Source: a virus
Virus record (IMG/VR): IMGVR_UViG_3300046321_000141
Location: 5,316-69,315 of that record
Length of the DNA stretch: 64,000 bases
Direction: 5' to 3' (one strand)
Positions 54,592 through 64,000 of this stretch are shown here, piece by piece; positions within the stretch are counted from its first letter, which is position 1; the number at the start of each line of letters is the position of its first letter. Under the pieces are notes generated by a model that was not told the DNA's origin, ran no database searches, and worked only from the letters and a program-made list of their open reading frames with translations. The translations under genes were made by a program, and so were the position numbers.

Positions 54592-54899
54592 CAAAAGACG
54601 AAGCACTTAAAAAGATTAAACCAACAGAAAACTATTTAACTTTGGAATGCAATTATTCAAAGTTAGTTTTAACTTATAAGGATGCTATCGCTGTGCTGGC
54701 AGCACTGGCGAATGCTGAAGTAATTGAATCTGACTATTCAGATGACAAAGTAAAAATAGTTCCTGTTGTAAAAACAACTTACACAGTCACACCACTCAGT
54801 GCTGAAAAGTACAAAGATATTAAAGTAGCTCAGTTATTGGGCGTTACATATGAACAACTCAAAAATACAACTGACACCGACGCAACAGGAAGCACTTGA
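54588..54899 (+). CDS. Hypothetical protein
   Basis: 103 aa coupled ORF. Confidence 0.6.
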   Translation: MTKDEALKKIKPTENYLTLECNYSKLVLTYKDAIAVLAALANAEVIESDYSDDKVKIVPVVKTTYTVTPLSAEKYKDIKVAQLLGVTYEQLKNTTDTDATGST

Positions 54900-56106
54900 T
54901 AAGTTTTACGCCTTTTATATTAATCCGCTAGAAAGCGTATTTATTATTGAAGGCTATAGCGGTACAGGTAAAAGTACCCTTGTTAAAACTATTCTTGATA
55001 ACCTACCTAATTACACAAAAACTCTTCAGTTACTACATCCAAAGAGTAAAAGTCTAGCCATTGAGCTTACTGCTACTACTAATAAAGCAGCAGAGAACTT
55101 TTCTGATCTTACAGATATGCCTGTAAGAACAATTCATTCTTTTCTTGGTTTACGTGTTCAGACAGACTTTAGAACCAATGAAACAACTCTCAGTATTAAG
55201 CACAATGCAGCGCCTATAGAAAACACATTGTTGTTTATCGACGAAGCTAGCTTTATTGATAACACCGTGTTGCGGTGGATATTCGACAGGACTCAGAACT
55301 GTAAAATTGTATTCATTGGTGATCCTGCTCAATTGGCACCTATCAAAAGTACCAGTATTCCTGTATTTGATTTGTCTTACCCAAAGGTAATGCTGACAGA
55401 TGTAATTCGGCAGGCTGAGGGTTCTCAGATTACTGAGCTAGCTACGCAGTTCAGAAATACTGTTAATACAGGTGTGTGGACTAGCTTTAAACCAAATAAT
55501 GCAGAAGTATTTAAGCTCAGTCGTGAAGAGTTTGAGCAAGAAGTACATACGGAATTTACTCGTCCAGGGTGGCATTGCAATGATTCAAAAATTCTTGCAT
55601 GGACAAACCAAGTAGTTATTAACTACAACAACACGGTTAGTGACTGGGTAGGTCAGACACCTGAGCTTGAAGTAGGTGACTATGCAGTGGTTAATAGCTT
55701 TATTTATGCACTTGGAAAGGAGATGTATAAGACCAATCAAACAGTACTTATTACTGCCAAGAGTGGTGCTATTACAGAGTATGGTGTGACGGGTAAAGTC
55801 TACAATTTGAATAATGGCGCAGCTTACTTTATGCCGGATAGCTTTAAAGAGCGTAATGACTTGGTTAAGAAGCTGCGGGCCAATAATGACATCATGGCTG
55901 TAGCAAACATTGAAAATTCTTGGATTGACCTACGAGCGGCTTATGCATGTACCGTAGATAAAAGCCAAGGAAGTACGTATGAAAAAGTATTTATTGACCT
56001 TGATAATATCAGTCGCTGCAACAGTGCAAATCGTATTGCGAGAATGCTTTATGTAGCTGTGAGTAGGGCACGCAGTAAAGTGTATCTAGTAGGTGATCTA
56101 GTGTGA
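54850..56106 (+). CDS. SF1 (Dda/RecD-like) DNA helicase (N4 gp37-like)
   Basis: GYSGTGKST, TATTNKAA, IDEAS, GDPAQL, IRQ, KSQGST, YVAVSRAR. Confidence 0.92.
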   Translation: MNNSKIQLTPTQQEALDKFYAFYINPLESVFIIEGYSGTGKSTLVKTILDNLPNYTKTLQLLHPKSKSLAIELTATTNKAAENFSDLTDMPVRTIHSFLGLRVQTDFRTNETTLSIKHNAAPIENTLLFIDEASFIDNTVLRWIFDRTQNCKIVFIGDPAQLAPIKSTSIPVFDLSYPKVMLTDVIRQAEGSQITELATQFRNTVNTGVWTSFKPNNAEVFKLSREEFEQEVHTEFTRPGWHCNDSKILAWTNQVVINYNNTVSDWVGQTPELEVGDYAVVNSFIYALGKEMYKTNQTVLITAKSGAITEYGVTGKVYNLNNGAAYFMPDSFKERNDLVKKLRANNDIMAVANIENSWIDLRAAYACTVDKSQGSTYEKVFIDLDNISRCNSANRIARMLYVAVSRARSKVYLVGDLV

Positions 56107-56573
56107 AAACAAAATCTTATAGGGTATCAGCTGCTTATCTATACACAGAACAATGCATGGAGGTAATAGAAAAAGGTGTAACGCGTAGTTTAGAAAAAGC
56201 TATTGCTGTTATTCAAAGGCAGCATTACGCACTGACTAAAGAGACGTGTTTTCTATACAAAGGGGAGAAATATAACTTAACAAACGTTTCCCCACTTAAA
56301 GCTAACTCTTTACACATTACTTTACGTCATGAGATGGATTGCATTATAAAAGATAGACAAAACTACTTTAATAGTGAACAACCATTAATAAAAGCATTCA
56401 TAGTTGCTTGTGTTGAACAAAGTTGCACATATCTACCAAGTATTTTACAAACCAAAGAAAATACTACATCTTTTGAAACTGTTGATGAGTCAATTAAAGA
56501 AAAGATTTATTCAACACATGCAGAAGGGTGTTTGTTAGTAAAAAAGTACTTAACATTAAACTTACTTACATGA
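56103..56573 (+). CDS. Hypothetical protein (N4 gp38 position)
   Basis: Between helicase and DNA polymerase, overlapping both. Confidence 0.6.
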   Translation: MKTKSYRVSAAYLYTEQCMEVIEKGVTRSLEKAIAVIQRQHYALTKETCFLYKGEKYNLTNVSPLKANSLHITLRHEMDCIIKDRQNYFNSEQPLIKAFIVACVEQSCTYLPSILQTKENTTSFETVDESIKEKIYSTHAEGCLLVKKYLTLNLLT

Positions 56574-59107
56574 AGCACCACATTTTTCAAGAATTTAATA
56601 ACTACGACGCTGCAATACTTATTAAGGCAACAAGTTTTAACAAAGCTGAGATTTATACAAATTATGTACAGATTCTTGAGAAAAGTGTTTCATGTATTGC
56701 CTTTACTCTAAATTATGAAAACAACAAAGCTTCTGCTGCTTTAATTAAAGAATACACAACTAAGTTACTTCCTGTACTGGATTCTTTAAAAGTACGCTAC
56801 TTATATGTAGCAGACGCAAGTTATTTTAAATATCTTGTAAAAGTTACAAAGGTTGATCCGTTGTTTGGTTATGTTCTGCCTTGTAAAGTAAAAGGATATG
56901 AACATATGCAGGTTGTACTAGGTATTAACTATCAACAGTTAATATTTAACCCAGCACTTATTACCAAACTACAAGCAGGACTTTCCGCAATTGCAGAGCA
57001 TGTAAGCGGTGTGTATAAACCGATTGGCGCTGAGATTATTCACTCTGCAAGCTATCCAGAAACATTCTCAGAAGTCTCTGCTGCGCTTAAGAACCTGCAC
57101 CAGTATCCTAAACTTACTTGCGATATTGAAGGCTTCTCACTTCGATTTAATGAAGCTGGGATAGGCTCCATTGCCTTTGCTTGGGATAAGCATAATGGTA
57201 TTGCTTTTGAGGTTGATAACCTTCAAACCAAGAAACCAAAGCAATCAGTGAGGTACGCACTTAGGAAATTCTTTGAATATTACAAAGGAGAATTGCTATT
57301 CCATAATGCACCTTATGACGTTAAAGCGATGGTTTATGCATTGTGGATGCGTAGTCTAAAAGACTATGAAGGTATGCTTAAAGGTATTGACGTGCTCTGT
57401 AGAAATATTCACGATACCAAGATCATTGCATATCTTGCTACCAATAGCACAGCAGGTAATAAGCTTAGTTTGAAAGAACTGGCGCAACCTTTTGCTGGTA
57501 ACTATGCTGTAGAGGTTAATGATATTACTTCCGTAAACAAAGCAGATTTGTTGAAGTACAACTTAACTGATTGTTTATCCACTTGGTTTGTTTTTGATAC
57601 ATATTACCCAAGGATGGTAGAAGATAAGCAGGAGAGTATCTATAAAGAAATAATGATACCTAGCTTAAAGACGCTTACTCAGACAGAGCTTGTAGGGATG
57701 CCTATGAGCGATGTAAAGATAGCAGAAGCTAAGGCAGTGCTGGTAGCTCAAAAAGAAGCAGCCAAGCTAGTTATAGAGAGTTCTGTAGCAGTGCTAGAGA
57801 CTGAAAAACTCATCCAAGAAGTAGCTTTGCAGAAAGCTAATGCAAAACTTAAGACCAAGCAACACAGCATAGAAAAGTTTGCTGACTTAAAGTTTAATCC
57901 TAACTCGGGACAACAACTTCAGGTATTGTTGTATAAAACTCTTGGCTTACCTGTATTGGAAACTACAGATACAGGCCAGCCTGCCACTGGAGCAGGAGTA
58001 ATTGAGAAACTTTTAAACCATGTAACAGATGAGCATAAACCAGTATTAAAAGCTTTATGTGATTACTCTGATGCAGAAAAGATACTCAGTACATTCATTC
58101 CTGCTTTTGAGAATGGTTTGCTTAAGTCTGATGGTATTAGGTGGCTACATGGTAGTTTTAATCTTGGTGGAACAGTATCAGGTAGGTTGAGCAGTAGCGA
58201 ACCGAATCTACAAAATTTACCTAGTAATAGTTTTTTTGGTAAGACTGTAAAAAGTTGCTTTGTAGGTTCAGATGAATGGTTGATGGTCGGCGCAGATTTC
58301 AACGCTCTTGAAAGCAGAATTAATGCATTACTTACAAAAGACCCAAATAAATTAAAAGTTTATACAGAAGGGTTTGACTCACACTGTATTAATGCAGCAG
58401 CATATTTTGCAAAAGATATGCCAGATATTGATAGTACAAGTGTTTCTTCTGTAAACAGCATTGTTGAAAAATACCCAAAATTACGTCAAGATAGTAAAAA
58501 AATAACTTTTGCTGCTCAATACGGGGGGACATATCATACTTTTATGGCAGCCGGTTTTTCACAGGCTGCGGCTAAAGAGATTGAGGCCAATTACCATAAA
58601 TTTTATAAAGTTAGTGATGATTGGGTAAATGAGAAAACTAAAGAAGCAAGTAAAACAGGTTATGCCACATCTGCTTTTGGTTTACGAGTACGTACTCCAT
58701 TACTGAGCCAAGTTATATTGAATAGTAATACTGTTCCGTATGCTGCTAGTGCTGAAGCCAGAACACTGGGAAATGCAATTAGCGGACAGAGTTTTGGTCT
58801 GTTAAACAACAGAGCTACAAATGCATTTATGAAAAAAGCATGGCAATCTCCTTTTAGGTATCAAATATTACCCATTTCAGAAATTCATGATGCTACTTAT
58901 TTTTTCATACGTAATACACCTGAAGTAATTAAATTTACTAATGACAACCTCATTAAAGAAATGGAGTGGCAAGAGTTACCTGAGATTCAGCACCCAACTG
59001 TTAAATTAGGCGCTGCTTTAGATGTATTTAAAGATGGCTGGCATAAACCAATAACATTGGCTAACAATGCAAGCATTGAGGAAATACAAAAAGCACTAAA
59101 CATATAA
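56570..59107 (+). CDS. Family A DNA polymerase (N4 gp39-like)
   Basis: Exonuclease CDIEG, HNAPYD, YNLTDC; polymerase GTVSGRLSS, GADFNALE, RQDSKKITFAAQYGG, EIHDA. ATG at 56570. Confidence 0.95.
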   Translation: MKHHIFQEFNNYDAAILIKATSFNKAEIYTNYVQILEKSVSCIAFTLNYENNKASAALIKEYTTKLLPVLDSLKVRYLYVADASYFKYLVKVTKVDPLFGYVLPCKVKGYEHMQVVLGINYQQLIFNPALITKLQAGLSAIAEHVSGVYKPIGAEIIHSASYPETFSEVSAALKNLHQYPKLTCDIEGFSLRFNEAGIGSIAFAWDKHNGIAFEVDNLQTKKPKQSVRYALRKFFEYYKGELLFHNAPYDVKAMVYALWMRSLKDYEGMLKGIDVLCRNIHDTKIIAYLATNSTAGNKLSLKELAQPFAGNYAVEVNDITSVNKADLLKYNLTDCLSTWFVFDTYYPRMVEDKQESIYKEIMIPSLKTLTQTELVGMPMSDVKIAEAKAVLVAQKEAAKLVIESSVAVLETEKLIQEVALQKANAKLKTKQHSIEKFADLKFNPNSGQQLQVLLYKTLGLPVLETTDTGQPATGAGVIEKLLNHVTDEHKPVLKALCDYSDAEKILSTFIPAFENGLLKSDGIRWLHGSFNLGGTVSGRLSSSEPNLQNLPSNSFFGKTVKSCFVGSDEWLMVGADFNALESRINALLTKDPNKLKVYTEGFDSHCINAAAYFAKDMPDIDSTSVSSVNSIVEKYPKLRQDSKKITFAAQYGGTYHTFMAAGFSQAAAKEIEANYHKFYKVSDDWVNEKTKEASKTGYATSAFGLRVRTPLLSQVILNSNTVPYAASAEARTLGNAISGQSFGLLNNRATNAFMKKAWQSPFRYQILPISEIHDATYFFIRNTPEVIKFTNDNLIKEMEWQELPEIQHPTVKLGAALDVFKDGWHKPITLANNASIEEIQKALNI

Positions 59108-59110
59108 ATT

Positions 59111-59135
59111 AAGCCTGCTAATTGCAGGCTTTTTT
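59111..59135 (+). terminator. Intrinsic terminator
   Basis: AAGCCTGC-TAATT-GCAGGCTT plus T run. Confidence 0.85.
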
Positions 59136-59150
59136 AATTAAAGAGGTTTT

Positions 59151-59441
59151 ATGCGATTTAGTTCTAAAGAAGAAGTAATAGAGGCTGCTGAAAAAGCAGC
59201 GAAAAGCGATTACGAAAAACACAAAGTAATTCACGATGCCGATACCGACTCACCTTGGCAAGTATGTCTAAATCCTTATTGCACACAAGCTGCTCGGGCA
59301 TGTTGGCAAAAAGGGTTTGACGGGGCACCACGATATTCATGGGAAATAGACCAATATTGGGATTTTCAATATCAACGTGGTGCCGCAGCTAAACGAATAA
59401 TTGATGCTGAAGGTGTATCATGCACTCCGTGCATTTTGTGA
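59151..59441 (+). CDS. Hypothetical protein
   Basis: 96 aa, SD GAGG; NPY...W.KGF motif. Confidence 0.6.
   Translation: MRFSSKEEVIEAAEKAAKSDYEKHKVIHDADTDSPWQVCLNPYCTQAARACWQKGFDGAPRYSWEIDQYWDFQYQRGAAAKRIIDAEGVSCTPCIL
59421..59441 (+). promoter_or_regulatory. Class-2 hairpin element
   Basis: TGCAC-TCC-GTGCA then TTTT-GTGA; GTGA 11 nt after the loop centre. Confidence 0.6.
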
Positions 59442-59456
59442 CTTGAAAGGAAAAAG

Positions 59457-60002
59457 ATGACAAGCCAAGAAATATTTGACAAAGTGTGTATGCACTTAAT
59501 GAAGCAAAAGGCACAAGCTTTCAATAGAAACTACGCCTGCGCGTATTTAGCACTTGACGGTAAACAGTGTGCTGTAGGTTGTTTGATTGAGCCAGAGCAT
59601 TACTCAGCAGAATTGGAGCACCAAGCTTGTGATACACAGCCTGTACTAGAAGCTTTACATATGTCATTAGGACATTCCCCACCAATGCTTCTATTGATGA
59701 GTCTACAAAGAATACACGATGGAACCCTTCCTTATCTGTGGGCCGGAAAACTTGTAGAAATTGCAAAACTATTTAATTTAAAGGCTAACTTTATGATTTT
59801 TAATACAAGAGTTAATGGCATTCCTTGCCAATGTCGAGTTGTTTTGTACAAACCTACTTCTTCAAAAAAAGTGGGTGATCTTACTGAGTTTGAATACTCT
59901 TTATATGACCGTAAAGGTTATATAGCTAAATGGCTTGATAGATATGTAACCCCTTCTGTAGATGCCCGGTTACAGCAAGAATTTGAAGAAAGGTTTGCGT
60001 AA
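59457..60002 (+). CDS. Hypothetical two-module protein
   Basis: N-terminal half paralogous to 49433-49789; C-terminal half starts MIFNTRVNGIPCQCRV...DRKGY.AKWL. Confidence 0.65.
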   Translation: MTSQEIFDKVCMHLMKQKAQAFNRNYACAYLALDGKQCAVGCLIEPEHYSAELEHQACDTQPVLEALHMSLGHSPPMLLLMSLQRIHDGTLPYLWAGKLVEIAKLFNLKANFMIFNTRVNGIPCQCRVVLYKPTSSKKVGDLTEFEYSLYDRKGYIAKWLDRYVTPSVDARLQQEFEERFA

Positions 60003-60181
60003 TGAACGCTTATTACTACAGTGGTGCTTACACAGCTCCACGAAGCTCAGGCTTTGATGTGTTCTTGACCACTACACATTGGGTACACCGTAAAACCCTT
60101 AGACAAGCTAAATGGGCAGCTACAGTTTATAAAAACTTAGCGCCTATTACTTTGGAAGAGTTCTATGCATCCGGTAATTAA
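60002..60181 (+). CDS. Small hypothetical protein (59 aa)
   Basis: Manual translation MNAYYYSGAY...EEFYASGN; TAATG overlap with the upstream gene. Confidence 0.5.
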   Translation: MNAYYYSGAYTAPRSSGFDVFLTTTHWVHRKTLRQAKWAATVYKNLAPITLEEFYASGN

Positions 60182-60413
60182 AACAGTTACAGCATTGGTG
60201 TCTACTCTTTATCCTATTGGCTTGGCTATTTGGGATACAAAAAGAAATGACAAAGCATTTATGTCTGACCGGCTTTATGCAGGTTATATGAATGGTGAGT
60301 TTACCCAAGCTGAAGTAAAAAGATTGTGCCGGAAACACAAAATTAAGTATCCACCAATTCCTTTGCATACTATTGCAATTAATAAACCAGAAACATTGAA
60401 AGATAAACCATGA
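60165..60413 (+). CDS. Hypothetical protein
   Basis: 82 aa coupled ORF. Confidence 0.55.
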   Translation: MHPVIKTVTALVSTLYPIGLAIWDTKRNDKAFMSDRLYAGYMNGEFTQAEVKRLCRKHKIKYPPIPLHTIAINKPETLKDKP

Positions 60414-60916
60414 AACTTACTAAATATCATAAAGAAGCTATTGTTCGTGCAATTACAGCAGATATTCCTGAGCCTGACACCTCAGATTATGTAGAAAAAG
60501 TAAAGGCATTTATTTATAAAAACATGTCTAAAGAATGCCGTGCTCTTTTTAGGAAAAGTCCAGCAAGTCTTGCAACTGCATATTTGCAGGTGCCTAATAG
60601 AGTAAGCACACGTACCTATGTGCGTGGGGATGTGGATAATAAACAGCTACAAGAGTATGTAAGTGAACTTAATGCGCCTTTTCGTAAACGCACTGCGGCA
60701 CTTACAAAATTAGAAGCAGCAGTAACTGCTTGTAATACACGTAAACAGTTTGTGGATACGTTCCCAGAGTTTAGTAACTATGCACCACCAGAAGAAGGTA
60801 AATGCACCACTTTACCTGCTGTTGCCAACGTAGTTGCAGAACTTATTAAAGTTGGTTTTGTACCTAAAGTAACTAAATTTGTAGATTTACTAGGTAAGCG
60901 CCATTGGCAAGAATGA
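60410..60916 (+). CDS. Nmad5-like (nucleotide modification associated domain 5) protein
   Basis: MKLTK..KEAIVRAI.AD; L.AAV..C.T.KQ....FPEF..Y.P; LPAVANVVA.L.K.G. Confidence 0.65.
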   Translation: MKLTKYHKEAIVRAITADIPEPDTSDYVEKVKAFIYKNMSKECRALFRKSPASLATAYLQVPNRVSTRTYVRGDVDNKQLQEYVSELNAPFRKRTAALTKLEAAVTACNTRKQFVDTFPEFSNYAPPEEGKCTTLPAVANVVAELIKVGFVPKVTKFVDLLGKRHWQE

Positions 60917-61386
60917 ACTACGAGGAAGTCGAAGTAGAGGCCCTGAGCGCAGAAATGCAAATCACAACCTACTACACCATACTCGGCTATACCGTAGAGC
61001 TAGAACAAGGCGGCTTGTCCACCGAGCTTACCCGAGGCGGTAACCATCCGAACTGCTCTGAGTCCCGAATTCTGCCGTATGAACTTGGGCAGCCTGTGGA
61101 TATGGTGCGTCCAGTCAATCTGACGACCATAAAAAGGTACGCAACCACAGCGCACAAGGAGGCGGTTGCTCAATACCCCACCGCCAAGGATCGCGGGGTG
61201 TCACATGACAGGGACGGGCAGGACGAGGAGATGGCGATGCTGGGTCGTTCCGACAAGATGCGCCCAAGACCGCGACTTCAGTTTCAGCTAGAGCAACTAC
61301 AGTATATGGCCCGCACGTGGCCCGAGTACGCAGACCCAGAGAAGATACAAAGTTTGCGGCTGAAGCTGGCGGCTGGCAAGCCATGA
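60913..61386 (+). CDS. Hypothetical protein
   Basis: ATGA-coupled; first gene of the GC-richer segment. Confidence 0.55.
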   Translation: MNYEEVEVEALSAEMQITTYYTILGYTVELEQGGLSTELTRGGNHPNCSESRILPYELGQPVDMVRPVNLTTIKRYATTAHKEAVAQYPTAKDRGVSHDRDGQDEEMAMLGRSDKMRPRPRLQFQLEQLQYMARTWPEYADPEKIQSLRLKLAAGKP

Positions 61387-61415
61387 CCCCCTCCCCATCA
61401 AAATAGGAGAATGAA

Positions 61416-61781
61416 ATGAACAAGAAACAATTACTTAAAATGCTTTGCACCGCAAATCAAGTCAAGGCAACCCAGATCGGAGGCACCACCGCTGAAGATT
61501 GGCCTGACCTGTGCAACAAGGGTTTTGCACAAGGCTTCATCCTGAATGGTGATCGCCTTGAACACCCTGATGGACGGTACCTCGTATGCCCCAAGTTCCC
61601 CCGAATCCGCCTCGGAACGTTCCACGCGAACAGTAAAGAGTACGACTTTACGTGGGATGCAGGCGAACCTCGCGGTAAGGTTACGAGTTATGGGCAGGTT
61701 ACGCAACTCAAGGAAGTTAACGGCGCACTTGATATGACCATGTTTAACGGCGCTGTTTTGCGTTATGAGGTGGTGGTATGA
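61416..61781 (+). CDS. Hypothetical protein
   Basis: SD AGGAG; 121 aa. Confidence 0.6.
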   Translation: MNKKQLLKMLCTANQVKATQIGGTTAEDWPDLCNKGFAQGFILNGDRLEHPDGRYLVCPKFPRIRLGTFHANSKEYDFTWDAGEPRGKVTSYGQVTQLKEVNGALDMTMFNGAVLRYEVVV

Positions 61782-62191
61782 AAGAACAACACACAACGGG
61801 GCAACTGAAACATCATGGCGGCCATATTCTTGGCCCGGTGGAAGTATTAGTGGCTTTTTGCGGGGAAAGCACAGTAGCCGGCATTCATGGCTCCTACGGC
61901 ATAGGCATCAATGAGGCAAAAGCCAACGCCCGACGCTTGGTGGCTTGCTGGAATGCCTGCCAGCAAATAGAGACAGAGACGCTCGAAAAATTTACCCTTG
62001 GCGTTATCAGCGCAGAGCACAGCCTGGTCACCATTGAGCGCACACGCCAGCGCAATGAGTTTCTGGATGCCTTGCGCCTGATAGCCGATGGGGACGTAAT
62101 GGGCGGCGGGCACAGACACATTGACACGGTGCTGGCATATCAAAACATCGCCCGCGCAGCAATTAAGAAAGCAGAAGGTGGTGCGGCATGA
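61778..62191 (+). CDS. Hypothetical phage protein (HT.G...ANARRLVACWNAC family)
   Basis: Motifs HTTGQ, ANARRLVACWNAC, ARAAIKKAEG common in small phage early genes. Confidence 0.7.
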   Translation: MKEQHTTGQLKHHGGHILGPVEVLVAFCGESTVAGIHGSYGIGINEAKANARRLVACWNACQQIETETLEKFTLGVISAEHSLVTIERTRQRNEFLDALRLIADGDVMGGGHRHIDTVLAYQNIARAAIKKAEGGAA

Positions 62192-62601
62192 GTCAATACA
62201 TCATTGCCCACATCGACCACACCACTAAGTGGGCTGAACACATCCACTGGCGGAAGCCAAAAAGCAACGGCTACACGTTTTGCCTGAGTCGTGCGGGCCT
62301 ATACGATTTGAAAGAGGCAGAGTCGATCACCGAAAGTGGTTGTTGCATCGCTGTTGCAAAGGCTGACGCTGAAAAGATTGCCAAAGGAGAGCCCTTCTAC
62401 CGACGCAGCAATGGGGAGCTTGCCCGTTTGTATGACCTCCACGCTGTGTCGGTTGTGTCGGTTGTACCGAACAGCGCCGACGCATGGCGGCACCTTTTCC
62501 ACTGCTGCATTTACCCAGGCCGCAGCAAGATAGCCAGCACTACGCCAATCGGGGAAAAGGCATGTGCTATCTATCTTTCAAAAGAAGGCGGTGCAACATG
62601 A
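62188..62601 (+). CDS. Hypothetical protein
   Basis: W.P...GYT..L..AGLY...EA motif; ATGA overlaps. Confidence 0.65.
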   Translation: MSQYIIAHIDHTTKWAEHIHWRKPKSNGYTFCLSRAGLYDLKEAESITESGCCIAVAKADAEKIAKGEPFYRRSNGELARLYDLHAVSVVSVVPNSADAWRHLFHCCIYPGRSKIASTTPIGEKACAIYLSKEGGAT

Positions 62602-62774
62602 GCGAGCCAAGATCGGACAGCATTCAGTTTTGTCATAAACAAACAATGTGCGGGGTTGTTCTTATGGTGCGAGATACACAACCTGCAAACGATTACGGAG
62701 ACATTGAGTGGCGTGACTGGCGTAAGGCTACTTACGTAGAGTACGAAATCTATATGCAAAGGAAAACAGCATGA
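62598..62774 (+). CDS. Hypothetical protein (58 aa)
   Basis: ATG at 62598, ATGA overlaps on both sides. Confidence 0.55.
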   Translation: MSEPRSDSIQFCHKQTMCGVVLMVRDTQPANDYGDIEWRDWRKATYVEYEIYMQRKTA

Positions 62775-62977
62775 GCATCATCAACCCTGAGCATTTATCA
62801 CATGCGATAAATGAGGCAAAACGGTTCATTGCAGCCGCTGAAAAAGTACGGCAAGCAGATCCAAAAAAATACGGGGCAACACTTATCTGGAATGCAGGAC
62901 CAAAAGACACCGGCGCAGCCCGGCGAGCGTCAATGGATTTGACAAGAGCACTTGCAGAATTGAGGAAGCCAGCATGA
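62771..62977 (+). CDS. Hypothetical protein
   Basis: AI.EAKRFI..A; RRASMDLTRALAELRK motif. Confidence 0.65.
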   Translation: MSIINPEHLSHAINEAKRFIAAAEKVRQADPKKYGATLIWNAGPKDTGAARRASMDLTRALAELRKPA

Positions 62978-63357
62978 CTAACCAACAACTACAAACCGTT
63001 TTAGGTGCGCTGCAAGAACATGCAAGATATGCAGGTTCAAAAACAGTAGAAGCCATCGCCATAATCAAGCAGATGATGCAAGCCGAGCCAGGCGAGCCTG
63101 GCAATGAGTGTCCTATGTGCAATCACCACCAAAGCTCAATAAGCTATGACTGCAATAACTGTGGGCGTAGTGTTCAGATTGAGTACACCGCCGCACCCCC
63201 AGCGCAAACACCTCCACGGTTGAGTGATGACGCAATCATTGAGATAGCTAAAAGCTTGGGTTGGTGGATAGGTGAGTCTGATATTGCAGCAGACTCGATT
63301 GAAATTTCCCGCGCCATCGAAACCGCAGTGCGGAAACAGTTTGGAGTTAACGAATGA
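62974..63357 (+). CDS. Hypothetical protein with Zn ribbon
   Basis: CPMC...CNNC; YTAAPP..RLSDD.I; SRAIE.A. Confidence 0.6.
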   Translation: MTNQQLQTVLGALQEHARYAGSKTVEAIAIIKQMMQAEPGEPGNECPMCNHHQSSISYDCNNCGRSVQIEYTAAPPAQTPPRLSDDAIIEIAKSLGWWIGESDIAADSIEISRAIETAVRKQFGVNE

Positions 63358-63686
63358 CGTGTACTACATTTCTGCATGATAGTGAGTTGAATATACCGTT
63401 ACCTGACCCAGAGTGCCAGCAAATACTTGAGGCAGCTCGCAAGCATACGGGCCTGGACTGGCAGGTTATACCGATACAGATCAGAAAGCGCAGGTGGTTT
63501 AAGGTTCGTGAGGAGATTTTGTACGGGGTATTCGTATATGTAGGCGGCATCGGCCCCTGGCAGCAGATTAACTTTTATCGAGAGGGTACGCAAACCAGCA
63601 TCAACGTGTATGTTCCGCTGGAAACGGCTATGGCGTATCTCCTTGGGACCTTGGTTGTACCAAAACCCGCCAAGGAACAACCATGA
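63354..63686 (+). CDS. Hypothetical protein
   Basis: ATGA-coupled 110 aa ORF. Confidence 0.55.
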   Translation: MTCTTFLHDSELNIPLPDPECQQILEAARKHTGLDWQVIPIQIRKRRWFKVREEILYGVFVYVGGIGPWQQINFYREGTQTSINVYVPLETAMAYLLGTLVVPKPAKEQP

Positions 63687-63898
63687 CTAGAGACGTGAAC
63701 AACCTCATAGAAAGCATACGACTCAACCTTGAACACCTTGTGCAAGACGCAAAGGAGCTCCAGAAAGGCGCAGCCATGCACGGCCTAACCGTTAACGCGG
63801 TTGAGGCAGAAGGCGCTTTACGAGGAATACTCCTCGCTAAAGAAACCGTAGAAGAAGATATTGCCACATGGCTTAAGTTCGATGGAGAACCAATATGA
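63683..63898 (+). CDS. Hypothetical protein
   Basis: ATGA-coupled 71 aa ORF; a further ORF starts at 63895 and leaves the window. Confidence 0.55.
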   Translation: MTRDVNNLIESIRLNLEHLVQDAKELQKGAAMHGLTVNAVEAEGALRGILLAKETVEEDIATWLKFDGEPI

Positions 63899-64000
63899 CT
63901 AAAGTTAGTGACGGTGGGCCAGCGTTCCCGACCAGCCCACAAACCCGCCAGAACCATACGACACTGGAGGCTGTGGTTTATCAGCACCTATCAGACGGAA

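Overview
The window is most of the genome of an N4-like lytic podophage (Schitoviridae), circularly permuted so that the probable genome ends fall in the non-coding stretch at about 44.5-45.1 kb. It contains a minus-strand tail-fibre/tailspike cluster (1-11.4 kb), plus-strand replication genes (thyX, exonuclease, primase, AAA ATPase, SSB, RuvC-like), and a minus-strand late block (virion RNA polymerase, ejection proteins, major capsid, portal, intein-containing terminase). The plus-strand early/middle region holds five N4-type hairpin promoters, the two-subunit RNAP II, a MoxR/vWA pair, tRNA-Thr, a helicase, DNA polymerase I and a GC-richer accessory island. Five observations stand out. (1) The virion RNAP appears naturally split at the N4 NTD/polymerase boundary into 992 + 2595 aa proteins, each carrying its only cysteine right at the junction, which suggests a disulfide re-link. 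(2) The polymerase has Phe at the motif-B Tyr, the equivalent of T7 Y639F. (3) A coupled cassette inside the tail operon encodes a holin-like protein, a c-type cytochrome with Cys in place of the axial Met, and an orphan TRAP solute-binding protein. (4) A second family of GNA-triloop hairpin elements lies in the middle region. (5) The terminase carries a Pro-starting class-3-type intein with a half-deleted homing endonuclease. All family assignments come from motif recognition by eye; no database search was run.
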